A DNA stretch of 64,000 nt from a virus, in IMG/VR virus record IMGVR_UViG_3300047287_000420, positions 1-64,000 of that record; one strand, 5' to 3'. The first letter of the stretch is position 1. The number at the start of each line of letters is the position of its first letter. The notes below the pieces were generated by a model. It was not told where the DNA came from, ran no database searches, and saw only the letters and a list, made by a program, of their open reading frames with translations. The position numbers were made by a program, and so were the translations under genes. Positions 61,755-64,000 of this stretch are shown piece by piece.

Positions 61755-62585
61755 TTAAATAGCCCCTCCACTAATTGTAATGTCTGCCCAAGAAGTTCCG
61801 TTCCATACTTTAATTTGCTCAGAAGTTGAATTAAACCAACCTGCACCAGGAACTGAAGGCGCAGGAGCTGAAGGTCCGTAAGCAAAACTTCTCGTGCTTC
61901 CTGTTTCGTACCAACCACTAGAAGTGGCATCGTAAACAAACAAATTACCCATAAGGGTATTGAACCAAAGAGAACCATCGCGAGGTGGGGCATTAAGCCC
62001 AGTTCCAGAAGGAGGAACTTCGCCTTTAACGGCAATTGCTTCGCTATTGGTTTGCAGCCAGCCTGAGGCTTCTGCATAAACAAGTAATCTTCCTTCAGCT
62101 GTATCGAACCACAAGGCTCCGTTAGTTTCAACAGGAGCGTTGTCTTGTACGTATACAGCTGATTGAACACCACTAATTGTGGCGGTTGAGTTTATTTCTA
62201 AACGACCATTTGATAAGTAATCAAAGTTGATATTAGATCCGGCTACAAGCGCACCAGATACAATAGCACCGTAGTTAGCATTTACAATACTATAAATGCC
62301 ACTTGACGTAAGGTATATACCAGACCCACCTACAACATTAGAACCTCCGCCTCCACCTTGGATTCCGCTCATCGAAGCGTTGAGATCCTCGAGTGCTCGG
62401 ACAACACCCTCAAAGTTATAAGGATATCCGTAAGGGCATCGAGTGTATGTAGAGGTTCCCACGACGCCGCTTACAGTTAAAAGGATCTCATCAATGACGG
62501 TGACGATACCCTCGAAGTTCTCGCTATGAAGAGCACGAGGGAGCGTACCGTGAAGTGGACAGGCGGGTACGTTAGTTTCAGTCAT
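61755..62585 (-). CDS. Virion structural (fibre-associated) protein
   Basis: Three P...G.LWF.T..G.L.VY....W repeats. Confidence 0.7.
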   Translation of the reverse strand: MTETNVPACPLHGTLPRALHSENFEGIVTVIDEILLTVSGVVGTSTYTRCPYGYPYNFEGVVRALEDLNASMSGIQGGGGGSNVVGGSGIYLTSSGIYSIVNANYGAIVSGALVAGSNINFDYLSNGRLEINSTATISGVQSAVYVQDNAPVETNGALWFDTAEGRLLVYAEASGWLQTNSEAIAVKGEVPPSGTGLNAPPRDGSLWFNTLMGNLFVYDATSSGWYETGSTRSFAYGPSAPAPSVPGAGWFNSTSEQIKVWNGTSWADITISGGAI

Positions 62586-63204
62586 CTAAAAACGTAATCC
62601 CTCCCGTATTCTCCAGTTTAACCGAGAGAGATTAAATTCTACGTCTTTGTGCTACTGCGAGAAACTTTAAATACGAGCTCGCCGTTTCGCTCATGCACAG
62701 CAAAACTCTCCGCAAGTTTCCAGGCGGGAATACCGAGCACAGTAGCTCTATGGCGCAGGCCTTCCCAAGTAATCTCTTCTACGGGCTGGACGGTAGTTTT
62801 CGACACAAAGCACCTCTACGTTTCACAAAGTCTATATCTTTTTAAAGATATATCAAACCCACGGGCTGGCCGGTTGTTTTTGAACGCTGTCCTAAAAAAA
62901 ATTCTCCTCAAAACTTTTTGTGGAAGTCGGCGTTCTCAACGAAACTGGATCGTTACTGTAGGAGATAAATTATTTGAATTAAATTTAGATAAACGTACTT
63001 AGTTAGTTTCTTGTAAAACTACTCAGGAAACATTAAGGAGACGTCTCAATAAAGATAAAAAGCTGTGTCTCAGCCCAGTCTCGTATTGGAATACCTTAAA
63101 AAAGAAAGTATTAATCCTATGGGGTTCTGCACTAGCTATCCTTCTGTGCGCTCTATGGGTTCTGTAAGCTCCATAGTCTTTTAACAGTCCCTGAAGCACC
63201 CTCG

Positions 63205-63927
63205 GTGCTACGATGCGCCCAAGATGCGACCCTTGGCATGGCTTTAAACCTGCGGGCAGTTGCGTTACTAGGTCTTTTAGATCTGGACGACACGGACTCG
63301 CCAACCCCCACCGGGGCTCCTGAGACAATCGAGAGACTCGGTCACTGGCACATCGAGCACTACGCAAACGTCTCGGCCTGGCGCTGTCTCTGCGGTAGAT
63401 CTGAGCCCTTGCTGGTCCCTGCGGCGTTCCGTAAGCGCGTCCGTCTACCTCATGACCTTGTTCAGGCTTGCGAGGTGTGCAGGCTTGAGCTGGCCAGTAC
63501 CTCTAGTCGAGCTGGTCGCCTTCACGCTTGGCTCGAGCGGCACCGCCCGCTGATCGACAGAGTCGAGCACTTGGAGTATCCGGAGGATCGGGGCTTCACT
63601 TACAGTGAGGATGACGGCCAGTGCACGCGTACTAGGCGGTTTATCTACGAAGCATTCTTTAAGACAAAACTAAGATCAAGTGACTACGTGCGCTCCAGGT
63701 GCTCTAATCCATTCTGTATAAACCCATACCACCTATGTACCACACCGAGCCCGAATCAAAAAGCTACCCCTCAGATCGAAAAGCTGATTCACCACCTTCA
63801 AGAGCTGGGTATTTCGGCGAAGATCACGCAAAAGGTTTTACAAGAGAAGCACGGAACGAAATTATCGCTTTCCACAATCCAAGGCATCAGGGCCGCGTCC
63901 AAGCAATTACTCGCCACAGCGGCTTGA
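63205..63927 (+). CDS. Zn-finger plus degenerate HNH-like loop plus HTH-like protein
   Basis: WRCLCG, ACEVC, RSRCSNPFCINPYHL, LSLSTIQGIR. Likely start ATG 63238. Confidence 0.65.
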   Translation: MLRCAQDATLGMALNLRAVALLGLLDLDDTDSPTPTGAPETIERLGHWHIEHYANVSAWRCLCGRSEPLLVPAAFRKRVRLPHDLVQACEVCRLELASTSSRAGRLHAWLERHRPLIDRVEHLEYPEDRGFTYSEDDGQCTRTRRFIYEAFFKTKLRSSDYVRSRCSNPFCINPYHLCTTPSPNQKATPQIEKLIHHLQELGISAKITQKVLQEKHGTKLSLSTIQGIRAASKQLLATAA

Positions 63928-63947
63928 TTCTCGATTTACAGCAGATT

Positions 63948-64000
63948 ATGCCTGCTAGTATTTCGGAGATTGCCGAAGTAGTCGGTCAATCGACGAGCAC
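63948..64000 (+). CDS. Partial CDS running off the window
   Basis: MPASISEIAEVVGQSTS... Confidence 0.4.
   Translation, partial: MPASISEIAEVVGQSTS

Noticed and set aside
62649-63367. ORFs 62649-63002(+) and 63023-63367(-)
   Set aside because: No motifs and atypical composition. The second overlaps the Zn/HTH gene antisense.
1-64000. CRISPR array, DGR/reverse transcriptase, integrase or transposase
   Set aside because: No regularly spaced repeat-spacer units, and no RT, recombinase or transposase motifs seen in the ORF track.
1-64000. Stop-codon reassignment
   Set aside because: Core genes (terL, polA, primase, thyX, endolysin) are full length in the standard code, all three stops are used, and no suppressor tRNA was seen.

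Overview
A 64-kb internal slice of a tailed dsDNA bacteriophage genome, very probably a cyanophage: it carries a DUF4278 gene with an NtcA-type box, a cyanobacterial-type boxA, and several small ORFs typical of cyanophages. No integrase, portal or major capsid gene was recognised in this window. Layout: (i) 1-19.3 kb, mostly minus strand: terminase large subunit, four glycan-active enzymes, two SAM methyltransferases, low-complexity putative internal-virion proteins, two normal tRNAs (Leu-TAA, CAT) and one abnormal tRNA-like gene; (ii) 19.3-20.75 kb, a non-coding strand-switch region with sigma70-like promoters, a boxB/boxA-like site and about 850 nt of very densely base-paired sequence; (iii) 20.75-29 kb, many small early ORFs, including secreted cell-wall-related proteins and dCTP deaminase; (iv) 29-46.6 kb, a DUF3150-like/MoxR-AAA/vWA operon, PolA, SSB-like proteins, an exonuclease and a primase-helicase; (v) 46.6-62.6 kb, mostly minus strand: ThyX, HNH genes, a two-domain endolysin, small basic proteins, fibre/decoration proteins, a glycosyltransferase and a collagen-like fibre. 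The best candidates for something new are the large structured RNA at ~19.9-20.7 kb, a 6/6-fold tRNA-like gene, and a possible virion O-glycosylation system acting on Ser-Gly sites. All family calls come from motif recognition by eye, not from database searches.
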